A stretch of 64,000 bases of DNA from Candidatus Latescibacterota bacterium (lineage in GTDB: Bacteria > Latescibacterota > UBA2968 > UBA8231): positions 384,001-448,000 of the forward strand of contig CBDAOB010000003.1 in assembly GCA_965197905.1 (NCBI GenBank), given 5' to 3'. The notes under the pieces are model-generated. The model ran no database searches, was not told the DNA's origin, and worked only from the letters and a program-made list of their open reading frames with translations. Below, piece after piece: positions 56,167 to 64,000 of this stretch (its first letter is position 1; every line of letters starts with the position of its first letter). Position numbers and translations under genes: made by a program.

Positions 56167-57039
56167 TCACGACACCTTTGGATTGAGTTTCTGGGTCCAC
56201 TGGTCCATCACTTCTCCGTCGAGCGAGACCGCCTCACCTCGAATCGACGAATCCCCAAGAGTAAAGCCGACGTAACCCTGTCGCTCGTCGAAAACCTTGC
56301 TGTGCTTTCCAAGCGGCTTTTCGCGCATGTGGGCATAGGCGATTTCCGGGGCGCCGGCCATGATCTGCGTGATGCCTCGATACCGTGCACGCTCGTAGGC
56401 ATGGAGGTGACCGCATAGGTAGAGGTCCACACCCCCATCCAGAAGCATCGGCAGCAACGCGCCCTGTTTCACTGCTGCATCAATGTCATACAACCAGGAT
56501 GCTGTGAAGATCGGGTAGTGACCCACTACGATCGTACACCGTGCCTTTCTGGGGCGTTGCAGATCCTGGCGCAGCCAGCGCTCCTGGGCGGTCCCCGCTG
56601 GAAAACCACCCCGGTGCCGGCGGACAACGGTATCGACTGTGACCACGTGCACTCCCCGCATTGTCGTGGCGTAGTAGGTCGGCTTCCCGGCGCGACCTAT
56701 CTGGCGGCAGTACTCTTCTGATGCAGCAGCCGATCCGGTCTGGTCGTGATTACCGATGGCCGATATCACGGGGCAAACGCTCTTCAGAGGTTTCATGACG
56801 CGATGGTAATCCGCCCACATCCGTTTCACGTTCGCCCGCTCTGATGGATCGTCGTTTACGGCGCCGTTGATGTGATCGCCGCCATTGATGACGAAATCGG
56901 GCTTCTCCTCGGCGACCCGCTCGATCAACCGGCGGGCCCGCTCGTCGTTGTCTCGGACAAGCCCGCTGGAATGCCCGAGCTGTGGATCGCTGATGAAAAT
57001 CCAACGCGTGGGACGATCGTTGTTTGGTTTGCTCGGCAT
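56167..57039 (-). CDS. Calcineurin-like metallophosphoesterase
   Basis: SDPQ, GGD, GNHD, GHYP, GHLH. Confidence 0.85.
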   Translation of the reverse strand: MPSKPNNDRPTRWIFISDPQLGHSSGLVRDNDERARRLIERVAEEKPDFVINGGDHINGAVNDDPSERANVKRMWADYHRVMKPLKSVCPVISAIGNHDQTGSAAASEEYCRQIGRAGKPTYYATTMRGVHVVTVDTVVRRHRGGFPAGTAQERWLRQDLQRPRKARCTIVVGHYPIFTASWLYDIDAAVKQGALLPMLLDGGVDLYLCGHLHAYERARYRGITQIMAGAPEIAYAHMREKPLGKHSKVFDERQGYVGFTLGDSSIRGEAVSLDGEVMDQWTQKLNPKVS

Positions 57040-57185
57040 TATTTAGAACCTTTCACAGGTACATGTGCGGAGCTGTTTGGTGCGCGAATGCCTTGTGCCA
57101 GCAGGTGTGCCTGGAAGGCGCAGCCCGATGACTTGGTGCAACATCGTGCTGCTCGGACGAATATTGCGGACAAGGCTGGCGTAGT

Positions 57186-58583
57186 CTATATCCGGTACGC
57201 GAACAGCTTCGCCTGGAACATCTTCACGCGAATGGCCGCCATCTCGCCGACGCCGGATATATCGCTGTTTCCCTGCCAGGTGACGACCTGGTCCACTTCA
57301 TCTCCCACCAGGCGGTCGCATGCCGCGAAGGTGAAACCCTCGAGTGGGTCCACGTCCGGGCAATCCTTGGCGGGTACAGCCTGCAGCAGCTCTATGCTTA
57401 TCCAGCCACCGGGAGCACAGCGATAGTTCAGGCGTAGTTCCTTTTCCTGGCGAAACACCGTGGGGATGGTGAATCTTCCTTCATTCTCTGCCTCGACGCC
57501 GCAGAGGCGATGGGCGGTCCAGCGCGCCCACCTGTGCTGCGGTGGACCAATCTCTGGAAACAGAGCTTTCTGGTACTCCGGGTCGACGGTGTGCAAGCCC
57601 GAGCGCGACATGTAGGGCAGCGCCCAATAGCCATCCGGAAGCACCACCGGCGGCCGGCGAGGGTAGACCTGGCCTTCCTCTCCGCTTCCCCGCGAGCCCA
57701 CGCTCAGGATGGCGCGGCGCTCAGGGCGCGTCCAGACATGACCATCGCGGCTGAAGGAGATCTGCAAGTCCACATGGTCGGTTACCTGGTGGAAGACCGG
57801 AAGGACCACTACATGAAGGTCTTGCCGTCCCGGATAGGGGAAATAGCAGGTGCCGTAGAACGATATGTCCATGGGGTCCTGGGCGTCGGGATGGAGCAGG
57901 AGTTTGGGGCCTGGCCAGTGGCGGAAGTCCTTGGTCCGTGCGATGCCAACCGCCCGGCGTACGACTTCGGTCTCGGGCACGCCGGTGCCCAGGTTGACCT
58001 CTTCGGGTGCGACTCCCTGAGGCTGCAAGAAGCAGTAGTAGGTCTTGTTGTGCGCGTCGTAGCCCGGAGACATACCGCCGTTCACCGAATAATTGGCAAG
58101 GGGTTCTTCGATCCTGGTCCAGTTGATGCGGTCGGGCGAGACTCTGCCCAACAGCTGACCCTTGAGGATTACCTTGCGACCGGAGTAGGCGCGCCCCTCG
58201 AACTGTTCCGCACGCCAGCACTTGTCTGCTTCATCATGGTCGACTTCCTCACCAGTGTCGCGATCGAGCCAGAATCCCTTGGCGTCCATGGCCTTGTAGC
58301 GCTCTTCGGGGGGGGCGGAGGGATCCTCGAAACCTTCGAGATTCCATTCATTTTCGGGTATGGGTATCGGCTCGCACCTCTGCAAATCTTCAACCCGAAG
58401 ATTCACCCCAAGGGGTCCGTCGAACATGTCGTAGCTTCCCTCGCGGGTGATACTGCGGTGGCCCGGAAAGATTTCCATTACGTCCACCATCGCCAACCAG
58501 GTACCGGGGTTGAACCGGGGGCGCACCCAGTCGCCTGGGAAGTAACTACCGCGTGTTGTGATATCCAGCCATTGGTCGGGCAT
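57186..58583 (-). CDS. Hypothetical glycoside-hydrolase-like beta-propeller protein
   Basis: Asp-box-like SPDRINW, TKDFRHW, SRDGHVW; C-terminal beta-sandwich. Confidence 0.6.
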   Translation of the reverse strand: MPDQWLDITTRGSYFPGDWVRPRFNPGTWLAMVDVMEIFPGHRSITREGSYDMFDGPLGVNLRVEDLQRCEPIPIPENEWNLEGFEDPSAPPEERYKAMDAKGFWLDRDTGEEVDHDEADKCWRAEQFEGRAYSGRKVILKGQLLGRVSPDRINWTRIEEPLANYSVNGGMSPGYDAHNKTYYCFLQPQGVAPEEVNLGTGVPETEVVRRAVGIARTKDFRHWPGPKLLLHPDAQDPMDISFYGTCYFPYPGRQDLHVVVLPVFHQVTDHVDLQISFSRDGHVWTRPERRAILSVGSRGSGEEGQVYPRRPPVVLPDGYWALPYMSRSGLHTVDPEYQKALFPEIGPPQHRWARWTAHRLCGVEAENEGRFTIPTVFRQEKELRLNYRCAPGGWISIELLQAVPAKDCPDVDPLEGFTFAACDRLVGDEVDQVVTWQGNSDISGVGEMAAIRVKMFQAKLFAYRI

Positions 58584-58835
58584 TTTCCACCTCTAGGATT
58601 AAGGGATCGAGCGGCTATAACCAATCGTAGATGGCGTGCTTGCCGTTCTGTTGGCACCCAAAAAAGACAATCGGGTTAGTGTGGTCGCGGCAGGCCACCT
58701 ATCGGTTAGCGATGTGAGATATCAGACTGCGGATTCGGTCTCAGTCAGGATAAACGCTCTTATCGATAGCCAGGGCAAGGGAGACATGCGAGGGGCTACG
58801 CGGTACTGGGGTTGGTCCTCACTCATAGTGTCTTT

Positions 58836-59570
58836 TTACAACTGTTCTTTCTTGATGTCGGCAACGATACGGACAAGGACATCGACGGCAGCATTAATGA
58901 AGCGCTCCCCCTTTTCGGCCGACCCGAAGGTGGGATCCCCATGTACTCCTCTATCGCTCGCTTCGGACATATTCCTAAAGCGTCTTACCTGTCCGGTGTA
59001 CTCCGACTTCATAGGATGGCCGTCTTTTTGGAATCTGTCACTCTTGACCAGATCGGGATGGATTGCCAGCATCATCGAGGTCTCCATCTCACCGGCGTGT
59101 CCCCAGCCGTGTGGGCCCGCTTCCCTAATCTCCCCAACTTCATCGAAGGTAAACCAGGAGGTTCCATACACTTTTGCTTCGGGTAACTCTTCCAGAATCC
59201 TTTGCAGAGCTACCTGCATGTTGGCTACGTTGCCGCCGTGGCCGTTGACGATCAGGATTCGGTTAAAGTCGGCGCTCACCATGCTGGTTACCGTTTCGAC
59301 GATGAGGTTAATGTGGGTCTCCGATTTTGCCGTTACAGTGCCCTTAAACCTCATATGGTGGGGGGAATAGCCGAGCCACTGGGTAGGGAGACAAAGGATT
59401 TCATCGGAAATTTTCTGGTCAAGGCGGTCTACCACGGCTGTAACCTCGGCCGTGTCGGTGATGAAGGGCAGATGGGGGCCGTGCTGCTCCAGAGACGCTA
59501 TGGGATAAACTACCACCGTCTCTCTCGATACCTTCTCCAGATCGGGCCAATTGAGATGTGCCAGCTTCAT
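58836..59570 (-). CDS. Creatininase-family amidohydrolase
   Basis: EQHGPHLP..TD, SPHH, NGHGGN, HAGEMETS, GVHGDP. Confidence 0.9.
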   Translation of the reverse strand: MKLAHLNWPDLEKVSRETVVVYPIASLEQHGPHLPFITDTAEVTAVVDRLDQKISDEILCLPTQWLGYSPHHMRFKGTVTAKSETHINLIVETVTSMVSADFNRILIVNGHGGNVANMQVALQRILEELPEAKVYGTSWFTFDEVGEIREAGPHGWGHAGEMETSMMLAIHPDLVKSDRFQKDGHPMKSEYTGQVRRFRNMSEASDRGVHGDPTFGSAEKGERFINAAVDVLVRIVADIKKEQL

Positions 59571-59814
59571 GGTTAGCTCTCCTTTCAGGTTTACAGTAGA
59601 ATATATCAGGCTGAAGGGTATTCATTCCCTATCCCACATTGAGGCTAGTCAAGATCACTGATAGAACGCTCATGGTTGGGAGCATTTTCGGAATCCACCC
59701 TGGTACACGGGAGTCGCCGCGTCTGCTTCGTAATCGTAGAACGTGCTCGTGCCGTTGACGCCGTCGCCGCGATGAATCGACTGCGCGTGCATGAAGCCAA
59801 GCTCGGGATCGTAC

Positions 59815-59842
59815 GCCCAGATGGGGTGCACCCCATCTGGGC
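59815..59842. repeat. Perfect 28-bp palindrome
   Basis: GCCCAGATGGGGTG|CACCCCATCTGGGC. Confidence 0.9.
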
Positions 59843-60105
59843 CGGTGCCGGCAACCATGCGCTCGATCTCTTCGCTCGCCGGTATCAGCGTCTCGAGGTA
59901 TTCCCGAATCTCTGCTCTGCGTGACAGTTCATGTGTTTGCATTGAAAACTTTGACCCTGCGAGAGCCCCACTATACCCTATACCCATCAGGCGATCAACT
60001 TGCACTCCCCCCCGAGGTGTGCGACGACGCCCTGCTTGACCACCTAAACATCGAACGATCTCGTCGGCACCGGACCCATCGCGGGTGGCAGCGAATCGAG
60101 GACTG

Positions 60106-61062
60106 ATGGACTTCAGACGACTGACTCCAGAAGAGCGCCAGCAGTGGGACCGCGATGGCTATTTCACTATTGAGGGCGCGCTGTCCGAGGATGAGATGGC
60201 GCGGATCGACGCCGAGATCGACCGCTATGACGAGCTCTCGCAAGAGCACTTTCGCGAAGCTGGTAGCTACCTCGATCTTTCGAACATCGTCGATCGGACC
60301 ATCGACCGATCCAACGGCAATGCCTCACTTCCGACTCAGCCCAATCAGGTCTTCATCGACCTGCTCGACCACTACAATCACCTCGGCATCGTGTGCGAGC
60401 TCATGGGTGCCTCCATCCATGCCCTTGCCACCCAGATAATGGTCCGCCCCCCCAGTCCGAAACCCAAGAGTCGCTGGCATCGCGACACCATGGCGCCCTA
60501 CGGTTTCCCTCCCGCCGACGGCCGTATGACGCTGCAGCAGTTCCGGATCGGCTGGTTTCTCACCGACATGCCGGATGAGGACATGGGCAACTTCTGCGTC
60601 ATTCCGGGATCTCATCGCGAGGGGTTTCCGAAGATCCCCGCGGGCATCGACCACGCCCTCAAGCTGTCGTCGTTCGCTCGCTACGAGGAGCTCGACGATA
60701 TTTGTGAAGGCTGCCCAGGTGCGCGCCAGGTTACTCTGAAGCGGGGCGATGCCCTCGTCTTCCACAACGCCCTCTTTCACGCCGTCTCCCGCAACACGTC
60801 CGACGTCTACCGCCGCAATCTGTACTACGTCTACGGACCATGGTGGGCCCGGCTCAGCGACCGCAACGAGGTGTCCCCCGAAGCCACGGCCATGTGCACG
60901 CCGGTACAGCAGCAGCTCATTGGCGCAACCCTTGAGCCCAGTGCCAACTCACCGGTTCCACCCGACGAGCGCATGCCCCTAATCGAAATGTTTGAGGGTC
61001 GCACCTTCAAGCAGACCTTCGACTACGAGACGGAGCAGTACATTCTCCAGACGCAAACGTGA
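60106..61062 (+). CDS. PhyH-family dioxygenase
   Basis: GAGGA RBS; WHRD, FLTD, VIPGSH, FHNALFH. Confidence 0.85.
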   Translation: MDFRRLTPEERQQWDRDGYFTIEGALSEDEMARIDAEIDRYDELSQEHFREAGSYLDLSNIVDRTIDRSNGNASLPTQPNQVFIDLLDHYNHLGIVCELMGASIHALATQIMVRPPSPKPKSRWHRDTMAPYGFPPADGRMTLQQFRIGWFLTDMPDEDMGNFCVIPGSHREGFPKIPAGIDHALKLSSFARYEELDDICEGCPGARQVTLKRGDALVFHNALFHAVSRNTSDVYRRNLYYVYGPWWARLSDRNEVSPEATAMCTPVQQQLIGATLEPSANSPVPPDERMPLIEMFEGRTFKQTFDYETEQYILQTQT

Positions 61063-61161
61063 TGTCCATCCTTCAACCCGTGACCTTCCTGGAGGATTCG
61101 TTTCTCGTAAGAGAACGCATCGTCCCTATCCCGTCGCCGACAACCGCCTGACAACCCAACT

Positions 61162-62490
61162 ATGATCTACCAAAGACTGAAAGAGCTCGAGGACAACGGC
61201 ACGCCCGTAAACGTCGGTCTCATCGCCACCGGAACGTTCGGCGCCCAGATCGTTGCGCAGACATGCCAGATGGTCGGCATCCGCATCGCTGCCATCGCCG
61301 AGCTCGATCCCGAGAAGGCAAAAACTGCCTACGAACGAGGGGGCATCGCCAGAGAGCACATCGCCGATGCCGACGGGTCCGGTGACATCGACCGCGCCAT
61401 CGCCGACGGCCACCCCGCCGTCACCAGGGATTCCGCCGCCCTCATCGAGAGCGACGTCCACGTCATCGTCGAGGCTACGGGCAACGTCGAAGTCGCAGCG
61501 CGGCACGCCAGAGATGCCATCGCAAACCAGAAGCACGTCGCTATGGTTACCGTCGAAGGCGATGTCGTCTACGGGAATCAGCTCAAGAAGCTCGCCGATG
61601 AGGCCGGTGTGCTCTACAGCGCTGCCCACGGCGACGAGCCCTCCATCGCCTTTCAGTTGTGGGACTGGGCCCGCGCCCTCGGTTTCCGCGTCGTCGCCGC
61701 CGGCAAGGGGACGCGGTTCATCACCTCCTTCCGCAAGGCCAACCCCGACGACGTGCCCAGACTCTACGGCTTCACCGGTGAGGACTACAACGCCCAGATG
61801 TTCGGCTCCTTCCTCGACGGCACCAAGCACGCCATCGAGATGTGCGCTCTTTCCAACATGACCGGCCTCGTGCCCGACGTTCGCGGCATGCACTTTCCGG
61901 CCATAGACCTCCGAGAGATGCCGGACAAGCTCTGCCACAAAGACAAGGGTGGAATTCTCGAGAGCGAAGGCGTCGTCGAAGCAGTGAGCGCGGCGCACGA
62001 GGACGACACCCCGGTAGAGCGCAACCTCAGAGGCGGCCTCTACGCCGTCGTCGATGGTCCCGTGCCTGCACTGGTCGAGTGGATGAAGTCTTATGGCGAG
62101 ATCACCGGCATGATCACCGGTGAAAAGAGCGATTACGCCATGATCTACCGGCCTCAGCACTTCGTCGGCCTCGAGATGCCTTTGACGATCGCCCACATGG
62201 TGCTCGACGGGGTTGTGACCGGCACGCCTATCGGTCAGTTCTCGGAGGTTGTCTGCGCCGCCAAGAAACCCATGAAGGCCGGAGAATCCCTGGATGGGGA
62301 AGGTGGTTACTGTGTTTACGGACTGCTCGAAAAAGCCGCTATCGCCAAAGAAGAGAACCTGTTGCCCGTGGGCTTGAGCCAGGGCGCCGAGCTCGTACGC
62401 GACGTCGCCGAAGACGAAATGATCAACTACGACGACGTCGAGCTGCCCAATTCTGTCGCCCTCGAATTGCGCCGGGCGCAGGACGCCTGA
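61162..62490 (+). CDS. NAD(P)-dependent oxidoreductase, homoserine-dehydrogenase-like with C-terminal SAF domain
   Basis: Rossmann N-terminus, VEATG, GDEP, AAGKG, FLDGTK, LDGEGGY, LPVGL. Confidence 0.85.
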   Translation: MIYQRLKELEDNGTPVNVGLIATGTFGAQIVAQTCQMVGIRIAAIAELDPEKAKTAYERGGIAREHIADADGSGDIDRAIADGHPAVTRDSAALIESDVHVIVEATGNVEVAARHARDAIANQKHVAMVTVEGDVVYGNQLKKLADEAGVLYSAAHGDEPSIAFQLWDWARALGFRVVAAGKGTRFITSFRKANPDDVPRLYGFTGEDYNAQMFGSFLDGTKHAIEMCALSNMTGLVPDVRGMHFPAIDLREMPDKLCHKDKGGILESEGVVEAVSAAHEDDTPVERNLRGGLYAVVDGPVPALVEWMKSYGEITGMITGEKSDYAMIYRPQHFVGLEMPLTIAHMVLDGVVTGTPIGQFSEVVCAAKKPMKAGESLDGEGGYCVYGLLEKAAIAKEENLLPVGLSQGAELVRDVAEDEMINYDDVELPNSVALELRRAQDA

Positions 62491-62608
62491 TCTCCTCCTA
62501 TGGCCGGAACATTATCAAGACCGAAATGCGTCCCCGATTTTTGGGCGCGCCCTTTTTTCTGCCTTTCTGAGGACAGGTTCGATCCATAATGACCGACGTG
62601 GAGGACAT

Positions 62609-63064
62609 ATGAACGAGACAACGCCAACCGTCCTGTGCAGGATCTGGCGGCAGGCGACCGCCCCCAACGGCTGCGGGCGAGACGCCGGGCTGCTGCTGCT
62701 GCGGGCCACCACTGGTCTGCTGATGTTAACCCAACATGGTTGGGGCAAACTGCAAAGTTACGCCGACAAGGCCGACACCTGGGCCGATCCGATCGGGCTC
62801 GGGGGGCCGACCAGCCTGGCTCTGGCCATCTTTGCCGAAGTCTTCTGTTCCCTTCTGGTCTTTATTGGGTTGACGACACGGCTGGCGGCAATCCCGCTGG
62901 CAATCACGATGCTGGTGGCGGCGGGCATCGTGCATTGGGACGATCCCTTCGGAAAGAAGGAGTTTGCCCTGCTCTTTCTGGTTCCCTTTCTGACCCTGAT
63001 CCTCACCGGAGCGGGACGGTACTCTCTGGACGGCTGGCTGGCGCACCGAAGGCACCCCGACTGA
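62609..63064 (+). CDS. DoxX-family membrane protein
   Basis: GLLLLR, HGWGKL, GLTTRLAA, GAGRYSLD; GGAGG RBS. Confidence 0.85.
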   Translation: MNETTPTVLCRIWRQATAPNGCGRDAGLLLLRATTGLLMLTQHGWGKLQSYADKADTWADPIGLGGPTSLALAIFAEVFCSLLVFIGLTTRLAAIPLAITMLVAAGIVHWDDPFGKKEFALLFLVPFLTLILTGAGRYSLDGWLAHRRHPD

Positions 63065-63217
63065 GCTCCACTCTGCCAGAGCACGTCCCTTGCTGGGACC
63101 AACGATAGTGGTGTTGATTCGCCCAATCCTCAGGCTGGGACCGGAGGGCTGGCGACTCAAAGATGTGCGGCTGCGGCTGGACGGTACGGATGCCGACGCA
63201 GGTCGTACTCGCGTCGC

Positions 63218-64000
63218 CTACTCTATGGCACTCGCAGCCGCCTGCGCCTCGCCCCCTACCCGATCCAGCCCCCCGAAATGCCGCTCGACCTGCGGTAGAA
63301 CCTCTGCGGTGAACCGCTCGATGGTGCGCGTGACGCCGTTCGCAGGGATCCCGCCGATCGACATGTGGCAACTGAGGTGGCTCGGCCGGAGCCGTTCTAG
63401 CTGCACGATCATGCGCTCCGCTACCTCGTTGGGGCTGCCGATGTAAGTGGTTGGCAGCATGTCTTCCAATGTCATCTCCTCCGCCGCCACCTGCTCACGC
63501 AGCCACCCATTGTCGAGCTCCACGTAGTCCCCACGCATCGCCGCCACCACCCGGCGGATGAAACGCACGTTGTCTGCCGCCTCAAGAGCTTCGTTGTGGT
63601 CGTCGGTGATGTGCACGTACTGTTGGAAAGCCAGTGGCATGGTCGCCGGGTCCAGCCCGGCCGCACGGTACGTCTCTTCGACGCGGCCGCGATTCTCTAT
63701 CGCGTTTTCCATGGGGATCGCTCCGGCTGTGTTCACGGACACGTAGCCCTTCCGCGCCATGTGCTGCTGGGTCGCCGAATCACGCAGCAGTCCCGCGACA
63801 TAGGTGTCCGGGCTCCTTTGCAGCGGCCGAACACTGAAATACGTCTCCGGGATCTTCAGATACTTGCCCTTGTAGGAGAGCGGTTCGGACTCGAAGAACT
63901 GCCCGACCACGTCCAGGTACTCGACAAAGCGATCGCGGGACTCGTCCAGATCGAGCCCGAACTTGTGGAACTCGTGACGCTGATAACCGCACCCAAGGCC
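63218..64000 (-). CDS. LLM-class flavin-dependent oxidoreductase, 5' end outside the window
   Basis: Frame is open to the window end (GLGCGYQRHEF...SRDRFVEYLD); IGSPNEVAE; ERFTAEVLP. Confidence 0.8.
   Translation of the reverse strand, partial: GLGCGYQRHEFHKFGLDLDESRDRFVEYLDVVGQFFESEPLSYKGKYLKIPETYFSVRPLQRSPDTYVAGLLRDSATQQHMARKGYVSVNTAGAIPMENAIENRGRVEETYRAAGLDPATMPLAFQQYVHITDDHNEALEAADNVRFIRRVVAAMRGDYVELDNGWLREQVAAEEMTLEDMLPTTYIGSPNEVAERMIVQLERLRPSHLSCHMSIGGIPANGVTRTIERFTAEVLPQVERHFGGLDRVGGEAQAAASAIE

Noticed and set aside
58836..59570. Creatininase-family gene as mycofactocin MftE
   Set aside because: No mftA/B/C/D/F genes are nearby, and the family is widespread.
47914..62196. Long antisense ORFs (47914..48846, 57510..58679, 61126..62196; also 10411..11304)
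   Set aside because: They overlap well-supported genes on the other strand and show no recognisable motifs; typical shadows in GC-rich DNA.

Overview
GC-rich bacterial window. The gene repertoire resembles Candidatus Latescibacterota (inference from several PhyH dioxygenases, a FlgD-like C-terminal domain, a Reg_prop hybrid kinase and a DUF6784-like fragment). Several genes carry single indels, so some breaks may be long-read errors. The left half (1.7-28.7 kb) is one large divergent envelope locus of unknown function: an ABC ATPase, three ABC-2-type permeases, a TolC-like protein, two C-terminally anchored coiled-coil/NEW3 proteins, and about ten paralogous lipoproteins (HEAT repeats plus a CBM9/DOMON-like domain). 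Eight intact copies lie in a tandem run, with hypervariable loops and mosaic N- and C-terminal halves. An IS1595-family element carrying a restriction-modification gene interrupts the run. A near-palindromic motif TTGACATTGTT(AA) precedes the ATPase operon, the lipoprotein array and a distant CBM9/DUF5916 gene. The right half holds a PIMT-like methyltransferase, a hybrid kinase with a sigma54 regulator, an XRE-like segment fused to a catalytically degenerate ClpC-type AAA+ domain, two UGA-readthrough selenoprotein candidates with SECIS-like hairpins, tmpAB-like phosphonate oxygenases, a MetE-like enzyme, several oxygenases and multiple gene remnants. No rRNA, tRNA or CRISPR array was seen. All family calls come from motif recognition, not database searches.
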